Source of the DNA: Ylistrum balloti
Lineage: Eukaryota
Direction of reading: 5' to 3'
Assembly: GCF_031769215.1 (NCBI RefSeq)
Contig: NW_026782309.1
Coordinates: 248,001-312,000, forward strand
DNA: 64,000 nt
Shown here: piece after piece, positions 1 through 13,438 of the stretch
Numbering within the stretch: the stretch's first letter is position 1
Layout: every line of letters begins with the position of its first letter
Notes under the pieces: model-generated
Databases searched by the model: none
What the model was told of the DNA's origin: nothing
The model's input: only the letters and a program-made list of their open reading frames with translations
Made by a program: the position numbers and the translations under genes

Positions 1-386
1 TGGTCTTGTTCTCCTTGTACTTTTTCAAATGTTTCCGTGTTAATCGATCATTTATGGTTTATCGTATTCTGTCGCTTTTAAATTAATGTTATGTTGTTAT
101 GTCCTTGCTCTCTTTGTTGATGTAAAGCTTAAACAGTAACTAAAAATTCATATCTTTAAATATCTGATTTTGGCTTTAAAATTCATCTTTTTTAACACCG
201 ATTGACAGTAACATATTCATAAAGTAGCTGACCACATAAGATTATAGTTCCTATAACTGCGTTATAAAAACAGAAACAAAATCTATCGACGTTGCTGAAT
301 AGTTCTTCAATTATAAGATTAAGTTAATATTTCACCCTAATAACGACACATTAGTAATCATTGGTTTTTTTTATCGCTATATCTAG

Positions 387-3333
387 ATGGGACATTCTGC
401 TCTACACTATGCAGCAAAGAAGGATTACGCAGACATTGCAGAGCTGCTGATCGTCAATGGTGCACACTTCGATTTACCTGAAGAGGTCAAGATTGTTTTA
501 TTTATGTTCTATAAAACAGGTCGAAATATTAAAGCGATGAATTTTCATCAATCAAATCTGACCCACAAACAAAACAAATCATAGTTTGTTCTACCATATT
601 CATCATACTGTAAAAAATCATCTTGCTATATCCGGTAGGATATGTTATATAGTATTATCTAAAAGATTTAATTATAACGTACATAATTTGCGAATAGGCA
701 CGACGATAAATTCGCGTATTCGCAATAACTATTATCTCAACAACACAGAGAAACAGCAACCACCTCTATTATGTTTTTGCACAATCTCCTGAGAGCAAAA
801 ATGCTAAAATAATAAAACCATTAAAATATATACGTCTACATTATATCTAGGTTATGTACGGTATTATCTTATCGATTTTAAATCTTAAATTCGTTTAAAA
901 GGACAAAAATGTCTATTACATTGGTGAACATGAGATGTTTATCAACAAAAAATTTTTTTTCATTATTTTCAGAAAACCGGACAAACGGCTTTACATTTTG
1001 CTGTTGCAAAAAACTACTTGGCTACAACAGAATTACTTGTATTTAGTGGCGCCAGTATACAAATCAAAGACAAGGTGAGCTTCACTGATTACACAAGTTT
1101 GATACAAGTATTGTTTCGGTATGCAATTTGCTGAAATATCTGTCGTCAATTCAGATATTCCTAGTGCAGACATCTATATTATTGGACATGGACAGTTTCT
1201 AATTGACATTTTCTTTAAACGAGTTTTGGTCAAATGCTTTTGTTAAACTTTGAGTGAATATATTGAAATGCACGATCGTAAGATACAAATCCTATAGGTA
1301 GTTAGAAAATAGATTTTCTGCACTTTATGTGCTGGCAGTTCCGATTTCAGTCCTTTAAGTATCCCCGAAAATCCTTGAAATACGAAATACCCGTGTGATG
1401 CAGTTTAATTCATTATTTCGCATATCATCTATACCAACAAGAACTTACCAACATAGAATATAATCAAAATCCAAACTCAAGTTCAATAAAACTAGGGGAA
1501 AATATTAACAAAATTCATATTTATTTACGCGGAGATTCCAGCAAAAAATTTCAAGGGGAATAAGACCAAGTCTTACGAAAGAGTAATCATCTTATCCTTT
1601 ATCGACGACACCCACTGTGTAAAGATTAGAAAGGTGTTTTTCGCTTGCGTGTCTATTCAACATTATATAGCACGTCATTTACGTTAATTGCTGTTTTATT
1701 TGTGATATTTGTATGGAATTGTGTACTGTTGGGAGTATATCAGTATGTTGTTAGAGTTAAATGTCTGTACAAATGTCATTATATTATCAAAGTCAGTGAG
1801 GATCGTGTTTACACGTATCCTTCGGTATTCAGCACATATAAGACACCTCGTTTCCACACAATTATAGTAAAGAAATATGTCCCTGTGTTACAACTCTACA
1901 TTGGGTTTGGAGATAATTTTTAATTTTGAAGAAAAAACGAACAGAAATGCCTCGTAAGTGTATTTAATTACTAATGAGACTATGCGTTTTATTCTCTGAG
2001 TATGTAATAAACATTGACACAGAGGGAGTCCTTTAGAAATATTGTATCGTAGTCATCTAATATGCAGGAATTCCCATAATATCTAGGATAATTCATAGAG
2101 CAATGAAGCAACATATCCAACTTCCACAGTGAACAAATATAGTATGTATTTTTAATCACGTAGCATATTTCTGATTAACTTCAATGATATAGCAATCAAA
2201 ACAGACAAAGAAACAATACAAACGAGTATTTGTTGTCTGTGATGGACAGAAAAGGATTTCCAAAGATACATTATGCGTTAGTCCTTTTGTCCATAGTCAC
2301 GAACACTGAACATATACAGCCAAACGTGGCAGAATCTATACATTTTACAAGTACACATATAACAAATATATGACCGTGATAGTAAAGAATAGAAATAATT
2401 CAACATTGTTTGAGTTGTGTAAAAATAGATTTTTATACCAACTGGTCGTAGAGTTTAGTATATAAAGGGTCGGGGTGAAAGTCGTTGATATGGCGGAGCC
2501 ACAGTACATATACTACCTGCCAAACAGAGGATTAGGTATTTATTCTGATGACCAGGAGTCCATTACCTTTGATGAAGAGGATGTGACTCCTATAATTTCA
2601 CTGCCAGATAAAGATGTAAGCAACATTTTCCATCTTAGTTGTTAACTGTCCTATTTTGACCAATGTTTCCAAAGTTAAGTGATAAAATACCCGTTCGCTG
2701 TACCATTATCTACTTCAAGGATTTCGATGTCTCAATGATTGCGATTTGTGGTTCAGGAAACAGTTGCTGCATTTTATAAACACCTAAATTCACCTCGTGA
2801 CGTCATCTTTGTGTCTATCTGTGATTAGATCCTTCTGTCGTCTACAGAATGTGTTTTAATGTCTCCTGTGTTTCAGACATTATCTGTTAACTTAATTTTT
2901 TGTGTTGTCTACGATAAATGTTTCCATTTTGCCATCTCTAGGATGTTTTTCTCCCAGAAGTTTCATGATATTACATGTGTGTTCATATTTAGTATTTCGA
3001 TTACTACATATTATCAGTTTGATGCTCGTTAGTATACGTTTTAGTTCCATTGTTTTATAATTTGGGAGCTAGCATTACTTACTTCGATTTACCAGAACTT
3101 GCATGGGAATATTTTTATTGAAGCAAAAGACGTTTACAGACGCTTACTCTTTTGGAACTCCTTGTTTTATTTTCCTTGTACCTTAAGTAACTCTTTTGTT
3201 TTCATTTATATTTTGCCTTTGTTCCATCAAATGTGATTCTGTTGACATATCGGTATTTTTTTCTTGGTTTTTGCCAAATAAACACCATCATGGTTTCTTA
3301 TGTGTACTTTATAATAAAGTTTCATCAAGTAAC

Positions 3334-3396
<63 letters not shown>

Positions 3397-4681
3397 AACT
3401 GGTCAGTGCAGTAGTGTGTAAATAACGTTCGACGTGTTTTCTATTTTAGAACAATAGAACCCCTTTAGCACTATGCCGGTCAAAAGAGATGTACGCGCTG
3501 CTGTCTACAGCACTTCAGTCTTCCGGAGGCTACCGACCAGGGTAAGAAGTTGTAGTATTCTATATGATACGAACAATCCTCCAAACGTTCCAGTATTCAA
3601 ACTAGGATGCGTAGAAAAAAGATATATTGAATGTAACATTTACAACTTAACTTAAAAATACCTTGTTAAAAATGGAATAACACCCATGACATCTTGCGTG
3701 TTGTGTGATAGGCTTAAAGTTACAATTTTTAAAGGTTGCGAAGCTATAGATCCATGGTGTCTACACATTGTGATGTTACCAAAGAAAGAGCTGTGGAGTG
3801 AGACATCGCCAGTTTAGATTTTATTTTGGTCTGATAAAATGTTGTTATCACAAAAGCTTTCAAAACGTTATGTGATAGATAGAAGTTTACATTAAATTTT
3901 ATATGAGATTTACGAAACTCGTCTCGAATTAATTATATAATCCCACCAGTGATTCGGTAAAATGAGAAATTCTATTACTCATTTTGTAAATCTCATATAA
4001 TGAAAACTCTTGTTGTCACTTTTACACTATCATGTGTTATTATGTGGTCATAATAAATCATGTATTGTCACTCTTTCCTAACCAGTAATAGACAAAAACA
4101 TTTCTCCATAAACACACTACTGAAATACCTCTGTATCATATTTATTGGTACATATAATAAATGTTTGAATAACTTACATGTCGGAAAATTGAAATTGCGG
4201 ATCATTTAGCTTCGAATAATCAGAGTCATACTGTGTTCGGATACTCGGAGTCCTACTACGAGTGCTTCTTGTTTTGTATGTCACTATTCTGTTTGTATCG
4301 TGTACAGAGAAATGACGATGCAGACAGTTGAAGTACAAGGTGGCGGTATAACGGAATGTTGGAAACTTGGCCTCACTATCGACTACAGTTCAGGACCAGC
4401 AGACGACAAGTTCTCGCTGATGTGTCGACGTCAGACCACAGACGAAAGTGATTTAGGATTTGAGTTTGAAAATAACGAAGATATATGCAGCGATGCTTTC
4501 CAGTACAGACTCGGAAGAACGGGAAAACCAACTCTTGTTAGACTAACAGTTCCTATTTACTCGGGACCCAAAGCTAAGGAGGAAATAGTGCTCAGAACAG
4601 AGAAAGGTCATGTGATGTCCATTGCTTCCCTTAATAAAGTCGAGAGTGATGTGAGTATATACTAATTCTACGTTGTTATAA

Positions 4682-4736
<55 letters not shown>

Positions 4737-7700
4737 CAGGATATGAATACAATTCTATTGGTCCATTGATAACGTACATAAAAACAGGAAAGCCCTGCCA
4801 TCAGAAACGTGATAAATGCTTATCTGTACTTCAGTCACATGGTACATATTGAAAAACCTGGAAAACATCTTTTCGACTTTTTTTTCAATTTATTTCAAGC
4901 CATTTCATAATGGTTCATTTTTTTTTTTATTGTTTTTCTTATTCACTAATAAAGAAAGCCAATACAATTAAAGAGTGCAGTGGTAATATGCCTATTTGAG
5001 TGAATCCCATATCGGGTAAGAAGCCCGCTTGCAGTTCAGAGCTATCACCAAATGCATCTTTTTATAAGCCCACTGTCTGAGCTTGCCCAATATCATGATG
5101 GACAATACATGTACAATATATATATTGGTTCGATATTGACTTGTTTTCTTTGTGATTACTATTTATAGACTCCCTACTGTGTAATAATGGTGGACATTTC
5201 CCAGTTTAGCTCCTTTGTCCTGGTGTGTAGGCCCAAGACTGACCTGTTTAAGGTGCCAACAGAAGGTGGAACATTTACCTCCAAAGTCAACCCTATGATG
5301 GAGGTTAAAGTTCAACCAAACACTTACTCACGTGACGTAAAATTAGTGTTACAGGTAAATGAATTCGTTTTTGTCTCAGAGATAATGATAATATCAGTCA
5401 GTGTATACATAAATTGTCTGTTCTCTATGTCTACCATATCAATCATACATATTTTCGATCAATTTTTAAAGATGACAATTATCAATGAATATTTCTAATG
5501 TTCCTGCTAAGTTGGCTGTTACATGTATAGCTATCATTAATGCTAGGATATTTCGTCGGATTTTTGTAGACTGTATCAATCCCTAATCCCGGTGTTATTG
5601 GTTCGGAAGGGGTAAACGATATCGTATCAATGACGTCATTCAACTGCTTGAAAACAGAGACTCGTGAAAACCCCAAAAACCCACTACTGCTTCGTCTACC
5701 GTGCGGTGGTAAAAATCTAAAACTGTTTTCTGCTGACACCGTTGCCACAGCATCTATTACTGACAGTGGCTGGAGTGCTAGGGATGACCCAGTAAATGTC
5801 ACACCTGAAGGGGTCGACATAAGCATCAGCGACAGTGCGATGTAAGTATAATATTACGGTCAATATATTGCTATTTAACTGATAAATTGTTTACAAAAGT
5901 TAAAAAAAAAAAAAACCAGTCAAACCTGTCTCATAGACTTAATTTATACAAAGTACAAATGTCTGTAAAGGGGAGCAGGGAAACGTAGCTTTAGACACAA
6001 AAGTCCTTTATTTAGAGGTGAATTGCTATAAATTGCATTACAAAACGTGGCCTTAGTATAATGATTTAATGTTTTCTGCATTTGTTAATAACTTTTCCAT
6101 TTTAATTGAAGAAGTAATTAATTCAAAGAAGTAAATTCTTATTTTTTTCCATCTATAGAAGAATTCTTAATTTACAGGAAGGTAATTGTGGAAGTCAAAC
6201 CAGGAACAGATATGGTGAAATTAAAACCTCAAATTGGTCTCGTGTTTCAAAAATCTACACATCATGAATATTCTATTGTGTTCATAGTTTTAACAAAACA
6301 TGACAAGAAAAATAACACTTTCAAAACAGTAGTTGAGTGCAATACTGAAGCATCAAGTGAACAAGCAAAGAAAAAATGGATAAGTGATGGTTTCATCGAC
6401 CAAAGGCCAGGTGATAGTCTTTGTTTTAAAGGTTCAACGAGACAACGATTCAAAATTATTGCGTCCAAAAATCTAAGACCACAAGGAGCAGAAGACGGTT
6501 TCATGATTATTCAGTTCCATCCGAAACGAGGCAACTTTGCAGTGTTTACAGCAAGCGTGAAGAACAATATTAAAAACGAGAGTGGAAGTGTTCGAATATT
6601 TGAGTACAAAATTGTGAAGAAGACCGCGGAACAACTGGAAGCAGAGGGCCCAGGAAAACCATTAGAGACTCTACTCACGAACGTTCATGTCGCTTTTGAT
6701 AAATCAGAAAAGGATACATCGGCTTCTGCCGTACCATTAATACAGGTACAGGAACCTACTGACGTCGAGAAAAAAGAGCCAAAACCTATAGCGGTAACGG
6801 CTGATCCTCCAAAATCACCGCAAGCTCCTAAGGCTTCCCCAGCGACTAAAACACCAGTAGCCGCATCGAAACCAGTCAAATACCAGGGCGGGAAAGGAAG
6901 CGAGAAAGGTAAAGTTTAATATCAGGAGTTCTTTTTATACAAGACTGTACTAAAGACACAGTGGTGAATAGCACCTTCTAAATAATTAATTAAACTATGA
7001 CATACAGCCGTTTCGTCCTTCTATGACTCGCCATTGATGGCAAGAGTATAACTTATGAAGCCAATAAGGCGACTGGGGAAATTCTAAGTGATCGAAAGAA
7101 AAGCCAAAACCTACCAACGTATAGAACACTAGTTCCATAATTCAATCAATCTCGTTCATATATCTGATAATTTAAGTGAATTAAAGCGTGACTTGCAGGT
7201 TACATTTGTAATATGGTTTGTTTCCAGTTTTCACAAATGACGAGTTTCTGTACACGGTAGTTAAGGAACTGGACGAGGAGTGGTACAAAATCGCAGTGAT
7301 GATGGGATGGAATTTTCCAGAAGTAGAGAAAGTACTTCTTGAACCTAATGGTACTGAACAAGACAAGATCATGCATGTAAGTTGCTTCGACTCTTTACAC
7401 TCCTTATTTGTTTACAAAAATAGAATTCTTTTTAAGGCCAAGACATAACTGGTTTTAAAATCAGTCACTTTACCTTGGAAAAAACGTTTCTTGCTTTACA
7501 CAAATAAGTATACATCTTTATTGGTATTTTCCATATACGTGTATATCTAATTATTTCATTCTTTGATGCTGATATAATGAACGCAATTAGCTATTCTCTA
7601 GACCTATTCCGATTATTTTTTTCGATAGTTTTTCAAAGAATGGCAGGAAAATGGCCGCTCGCGCGATGATCTTGGATTGCCTGTCCTGTTGACGGCCTTA

Positions 7701-10010
7701 GCCAAGGGAGGTCGTCGTGATCTTTGTACAGTCGTGTCTCTTATGATGAAAGAATGGTAAAGTATGCTTCTTTACAGAATTAATACACTTGCTAGTAGGT
7801 GATTTATATTACACTTCGAAAAATGTATTATACTGAAAACGTACTTATTTCGGCGCAATCACAAATAAGGGCAAAGATGAATTCGCGCCATCGCAATAAT
7901 TCCTATATAAACGACATACAGAAAATGCAATTAGCGTTATTCCTATTTTCATATTAACCGTGTATAAAGTTCTATAACAGGATTACCGCTAAAGCATGTA
8001 CGTTTACCGTATTATTCTGCCGTGTAAAGACGGCAACATCAGTAAAGTTCATAATGAACACTGTCAACCAACTCCTGTTGATGAATGGTATATCATCCTG
8101 TACAGACTGTTTCCCTCTAAATGATATAAACTACCTCCTAATGGTTATTGCTGTCTTGTAAAGAATGGAAATTGACAATCATGTCAAGTGTTTTATGGTA
8201 TCGTAGAATATGACCTACAATGTTCAGAAAACCTTGATAATAGAACATTTTAACTCTCTGCGAGAAGGTTGTCCGTAGGTTTACGATGACACTGACTCAA
8301 AGATCATCCCAACAAATTATATATCTAAAATTGTATTTGTTTTCTAAATAAAGTTTATTGCTTAAGTCTATTTTATCCCTTCACAGGTTCGATCAGCATA
8401 GCAATCAGAAATCCAACTTTTGGAAATGGGTTCAGATGGCCTTCAAAGATCCTGACCTTATCAACCCTGGAGGTAAATACAACTTATATCATTTTCATCA
8501 AACTATGGTGTTTTACTCCAAGGCAATAGATTACAGTACATAAATATTCGGAACATTAGTGATTTAAACAAGTGTTAATGGCTATCAAGACGTCACAGTA
8601 TCGTTAAAAAATTGAAAGGCATGTTGGGCGAATCGCCATTTTGTTTTTATATTGAAAGGAGTGACTGAAGTAGAAAATGGTACGTTTATATTACTTAAAG
8701 CCTGATGTAGAAAGATTCATCAGAATTCTTGGACACTAATTACTATCGTACATCGTTATATGACAGTATATCAAAATACGTTTTATTTTTTGCTAGACTA
8801 CCCAAAGCCAATGTCGGACCAGTTCCTGTTGCTTCTAGCCCAGGCACTAACACCGAATCTCGACATCGCCAAACACTTAGATATACAGAAAACAGACATA
8901 GAACGTCTTAAGAAAGGAAATAGCTCGGATGAATTTAAGATGCTGAAAGTATGAATTTTATCTAACTTTCTACGTTTTATGTTATCGAACCATAGCATAA
9001 AAACGGAATGTACTTTGCGGTTTATGACAGAAATGAATTCTTATGGTTTGATTACAGTTGTAACGTTTTTGATATTCATAATTGATTATTAATTTTTAGA
9101 CCTATCAAAAATGAAGTTACAAAAAGATGTTGATTTTTTATGTTATGGGGTGAAGACATAAACAAAATTGGCCAATGAAAATGTTTGTTTCGAAAAGGGT
9201 TAAATTAATCCTAATGACAGTAAAGGCTACGGTGTGAAATGAATTCTTGTGACAATTTGTTTTTGTTTTTTGTTGTTTTTTTTGTTGTCAGTTTCACGCT
9301 TTTTTAAGTTGTATTTTGTCAATAAGTTATTAGTCTTCTTAAACTCATGTATCTGTCATAATCATCGACTGAAATAAACATATTGAAGTAATCTATGCGA
9401 TATGTTGTGCAGATTTTACTGGAAGGTCGAAATGGAGCTCAGAGCCACGTAGTAGCTTTACGGAAGTTACTGGACGCAATGATAACCCTTGAAATGAATA
9501 TGGGAGTGAGGTGGACGATGGTAGCATCTCGACAATGGTAGGTGTATCGTCATAGATTGATGATGACATAACGCATATTATAGTGGGAACAAGTAAATTA
9601 TTGATTTTATTATTAAATACTTATTTTCCTTAATAATCAAGGCACATTACCACTTTATCTCGATATGTCCTGACAGAGAAGTCAGGATTCTTTGATTCGG
9701 GGACTGGCATTTCAGAATCAGTATAATGATGACATGAACGTCATGATTGTTGCCGGTGAAATAAACAAAACTATTAGTTTGATAGAAAGCTAGAAGTCGT
9801 ATAGAGATACATTAAAAAACATGAAGACAATCCCTCATACTTGTGAAATACATATGATATCAAACTGGAAACCATTAAATGTTCTCTACATATTAACAAA
9901 TGTATTTTTATATTTCCAGGTTTGACATGAAAACTGAAATGAACACACAGTTCAAAGCTGAACTACAAGACATTTTGGAATCGTATGGATCCTTATTGGA
10001 TAATAAATAA
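387..10010 (+). CDS. Ankyrin-repeat + ZU5-like + UPA-like + tandem death-domain protein (DTHD1/PIDD-like architecture), 5'-partial. Exons 387-485, 973-1074, 3450-3541, 4308-4650, 5169-5354, 5570-5841, 6178-6908, 7228-7376, 7629-7756, 8387-8472, 8797-8948, 9413-9537, 9920-10010
   Basis: All 13 exons have AG/GT boundaries with compatible phases, giving one frame of 2556 nt ending in TAA at 10008-10010. Ankyrin motifs GHSALHYAA, GQTALHFAV and NRTPLALC; ZU5-like motif QFSSFVLVCRP..EGG..S.V.P.. ; Pro/Ala/Lys-rich linker; two death-domain-like blocks (FLYTVVKELDEEWYKIAVMMG.. and FLLLLAQAL..IAKHLDI..). Domain names come from motif recognition only. Confidence 0.75.
3337..3391. repeat. (GA)n microsatellite
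   Basis: Uninterrupted AG/GA dinucleotide run in the intron upstream of the 3450 exon. Confidence 0.97.
4685..4733. repeat. (TA)n microsatellite
   Basis: Uninterrupted TA run just after the donor of exon 4308-4650. Confidence 0.97.
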
Positions 10011-11659
10011 TCGAACTCATTGTAATAGTATTTTAAAACTTACATCGCCAGACAAATGTTGGATTTGGTGGAAGTGATCTGACCGTAATAATATCTACGG
10101 ATCACCGCTATTTAGTGACGTAGTGGAAACGCCTGTCTTAGGTGTTCAGTCACGAAGTCTACCCGTGATCATTATCTGTGATAATTTTTTCCAGTATTAA
10201 ATACGAATCAAATACATTTTAACACAAATAATAGCATTTATAAAAAAAGATACTCAACACAAGTAATGCCAAAGGTTTAGGTTTTCTTCACTTTACGAAC
10301 GTAAAGGACAGAACCACCAACTCATATTTTACTCTCTCTAATCTTGCCAGATCTCAAGTAGAACATTAAGGGACATAAGTCTGGGGTACTTCACAACAAA
10401 TCTGGAAGTGATATTTTGGGGTGATAAAGTACCAATGAATTGCTCCTTCGTGTGATTGAAAGTGAAGTACGCTGCTATGGCTGAAAATGAAATGTTATAC
10501 TGTTTATAGAATGAGGTTGGCAAACTTATTGAATGTTTTGTAAGGCCTTTATACATTAAGTGACTTCCATACAGCTTTATGATAAAGAACACATATTTAG
10601 TATGAAGATATTACTTATCTGTGTAAAAAGTTCCTTTTAGGTGAATCGTGTTGTGTTGGGACCTTGTCCACTGTACGTTTTGAGATAACATTAAATACGT
10701 GTTAAAACGAAAAGTGGTTCTATTAGACCGAAATTCTCTAAAACAAATTATCCTTTTATGACAATTATATGCACTGATTTGATCTGTTTTCCATTGGCTG
10801 TTTTAGAAACCCTAAACAACAAAAAATGTAGAAAAAACAAAATCAGTCTAAAAAATAATGAAAATCGTTCTAAAATAAATGTTTGTTTAAGAGGCAGAAT
10901 ATTGGGTTTACACGTCCTATATTTGTTTAAGTATTGTTGTTTTCACAGCAATATCAACAACGTAAATAACATATGTAATGTCACTATTTCACGAGACTAA
11001 TGCTGACGGGCCTACATAAAACTACATTTGATGACCTGTCCTTTCTTCAGCTGGATTGGTAAATATTCAAGTCTATGTTGGTCCAAAGTGCTTTTTCTCT
11101 CAGCGAAAATTGCAATCAACTGTAGTGAATATGGTTCCATTGTTAAGTTTAGTGCCTTAAATAAAACGATTGATCTTGCAGGCACGAACTTTCAGCTTGT
11201 TATTTTTGTCTAACCAAACTGTATTTCAAAATAATTTAATGAGTGAAATAAAAAGATTGAACGAACATAAAGTTATCTCTGGCTTTTTAAAAGGGTTTAT
11301 ACACATACATAATGCACGTTTATTTAAACTATAGCAGTCATTTAGACTGGCTGTCAGCTCCTATGTTCAAGTAATATCTTGCTAAATCGTCCGGTCTTCT
11401 AGCTTATCTCTCCTTACTGTGAAACTTGGGTATCAGAGATGTCGAAGAGATCACAATTATGATTGGACCAATTTTTTTTTAAATTGATTAAATAATATAG
11501 ATATAGCATTCAGTCTAGGATCAGGTCTACTGCAGAGATCAGAACTACTAGATTGATTTTTTTTGATAATGTAGTATTCTAGAGATAGGGGCCAGACTAC
11601 CATTCATTTGATATGGTAAATAATATAATAAAGTTTAAGCTAGATTCATGATATAAGTT

Positions 11660-12350
11660 GTTAATAAGATAATATATCTTAAATTCACACGAAATCACAT
11701 TCACTTATTGTCATTTCTTCTTTTTGTATCTACTCATAGAAATTAATGTGTGGGATGGTTGCTCTGTTGAAACGTCAATAACCTTAGAGAGGGTACAGTT
11801 AGAAGCAGCCAGAGTTGTAACTGGCCTATCCTCTGCTGCCTCTTGTGAGGCACTTTACTTTGAAACTGGTTGGATTCCTTTAAAGTTTAGAAGGGAACAA
11901 TGTAAACTTTCTACTTTTTACAAGATACATAATCGATTAGTACCAGAGTATCTTTATAATTTGCTTCCTTTTAGAAGAAATGATCTTCATAGTGATTTTC
12001 GTAATCCAGGTAACTATCAGATACCACGCTTTAGATAAGATATTCTTAAAAATCTTTTATCTCTTCTTCAATTAACTTATGGAAGAAATCGATAATTCTG
12101 TGAAAAGTGCCCCATAAACTTTTACATTCAATACCAAACTATCAACATTATCACGTGTTTCACTAAATTGTCTTAACGTTGGTAACTGATACCTCTCTGT
12201 TCTTTTAGCATGAATTAGACAAAAATGTAATGGTCTTAAAAGTACCACGTAGGTATTTGTGTTTAACCTGAGCGTTAGTGTGGTGATGGTAATGAAGATT
12301 TAGTTTTTCTCTATTCAAAATTTTCTAATCCTCGAATAAGATTGTTTGAT
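11660..12350 (+). mobile_element. Degraded 3' fragment of a non-LTR retrotransposon (CR1/L2-group LINE, region downstream of RT)
   Basis: ORF 11724-12038 reads VWDGC...LERVQLEAARVVTGL...LYFETGWIPLKFRRE..KL..FYKIHN.LVPEYL, the typical post-RT segment of CR1-group LINEs. Flanks contain stops and frameshifts; boundaries are approximate. Confidence 0.75.
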
Positions 12351-13438
12351 GCAAACATTGGTATTTATCCAGTCACCCTTTTTGAAACAAATAGTAACAA
12401 AGTACATGCTGTACGGTCATTTATAAAATCAAGTTCGAGGTTTGATACTAACTAGTGGACAGCGACTGTAACCAGAATCCCCGCCCATCCATCTTCCTGT
12501 CCCCTTTTGTCACCTCCCTCCCCACTCTTTCTTTCTCTTATTACTTTTTCATTTTAGGTAGTTTGTATATAAGTTTGACCTTTTTGCCATCATGTTATAT
12601 CTTCAATAATGTCTTGTTGTCAGGAGAGGGACTAGCGATGACAGCCTGAACAAACGGACGACGGACAATGGGCGGTTTTAACAGGCCCTAAATTTGATGA
12701 TGGTTGGCTTAAAATTAAGAATGTTCGGTGGATGAAAAAAAAGCAAACAAATAGTTTATTTCAATTCATACAAACTAATACTGCCATATTAATAGATCAA
12801 TATTTTTAACGTTTTGGACGCAATAGTTCCTATTTATTTTTCAGTAAAATTATACTATATTGTGGTTGGTCTTTACATACTCTTTTCTGTATCCGGTGTT
12901 GCAAAAGAGGTCAAATGACTGGCTGTGTAGTTTTTAATGTGTTTTACATTGCAGTGACCAAGAAATGGTAGTTTTGTCAAATGTTGACGTTGAGATGTTC
13001 GAAACATACATCGTGTGGCATCAATCTGTTTATGGTTTTATTGCAAATGGTGTAAACGAATTGGGTGAAACATTTAAAATACATTTTAAAGACTACAAGT
13101 TGCCTATAAGCCAACCACTTACATTTTTTTCTATTTTCCGCCAAATGGTTGGTGAAACCGAAAGTACCATTGACAGCGCCACCTTCATTAAACCGAATCA
13201 CTGATGAGAATCGAGGACTTATTCCTCTGCGAGAACATTCTTCGAAATATTTGTGATTTCGCTCTACATTTAAAATTTTGAATACATTTTGCCTGAAGCG
13301 CAATCGATTCATTAAGGCCAACTGCTATTGTTAAATAATTGATAGCCGAATGGCCCGAGTTGTTTTCCGAATGGAAATGTAGAGGGGAGACCACTCCAAC
13401 ATTGTGACGCGGAACTGACATTTTTGCAGGCTTTAGAC

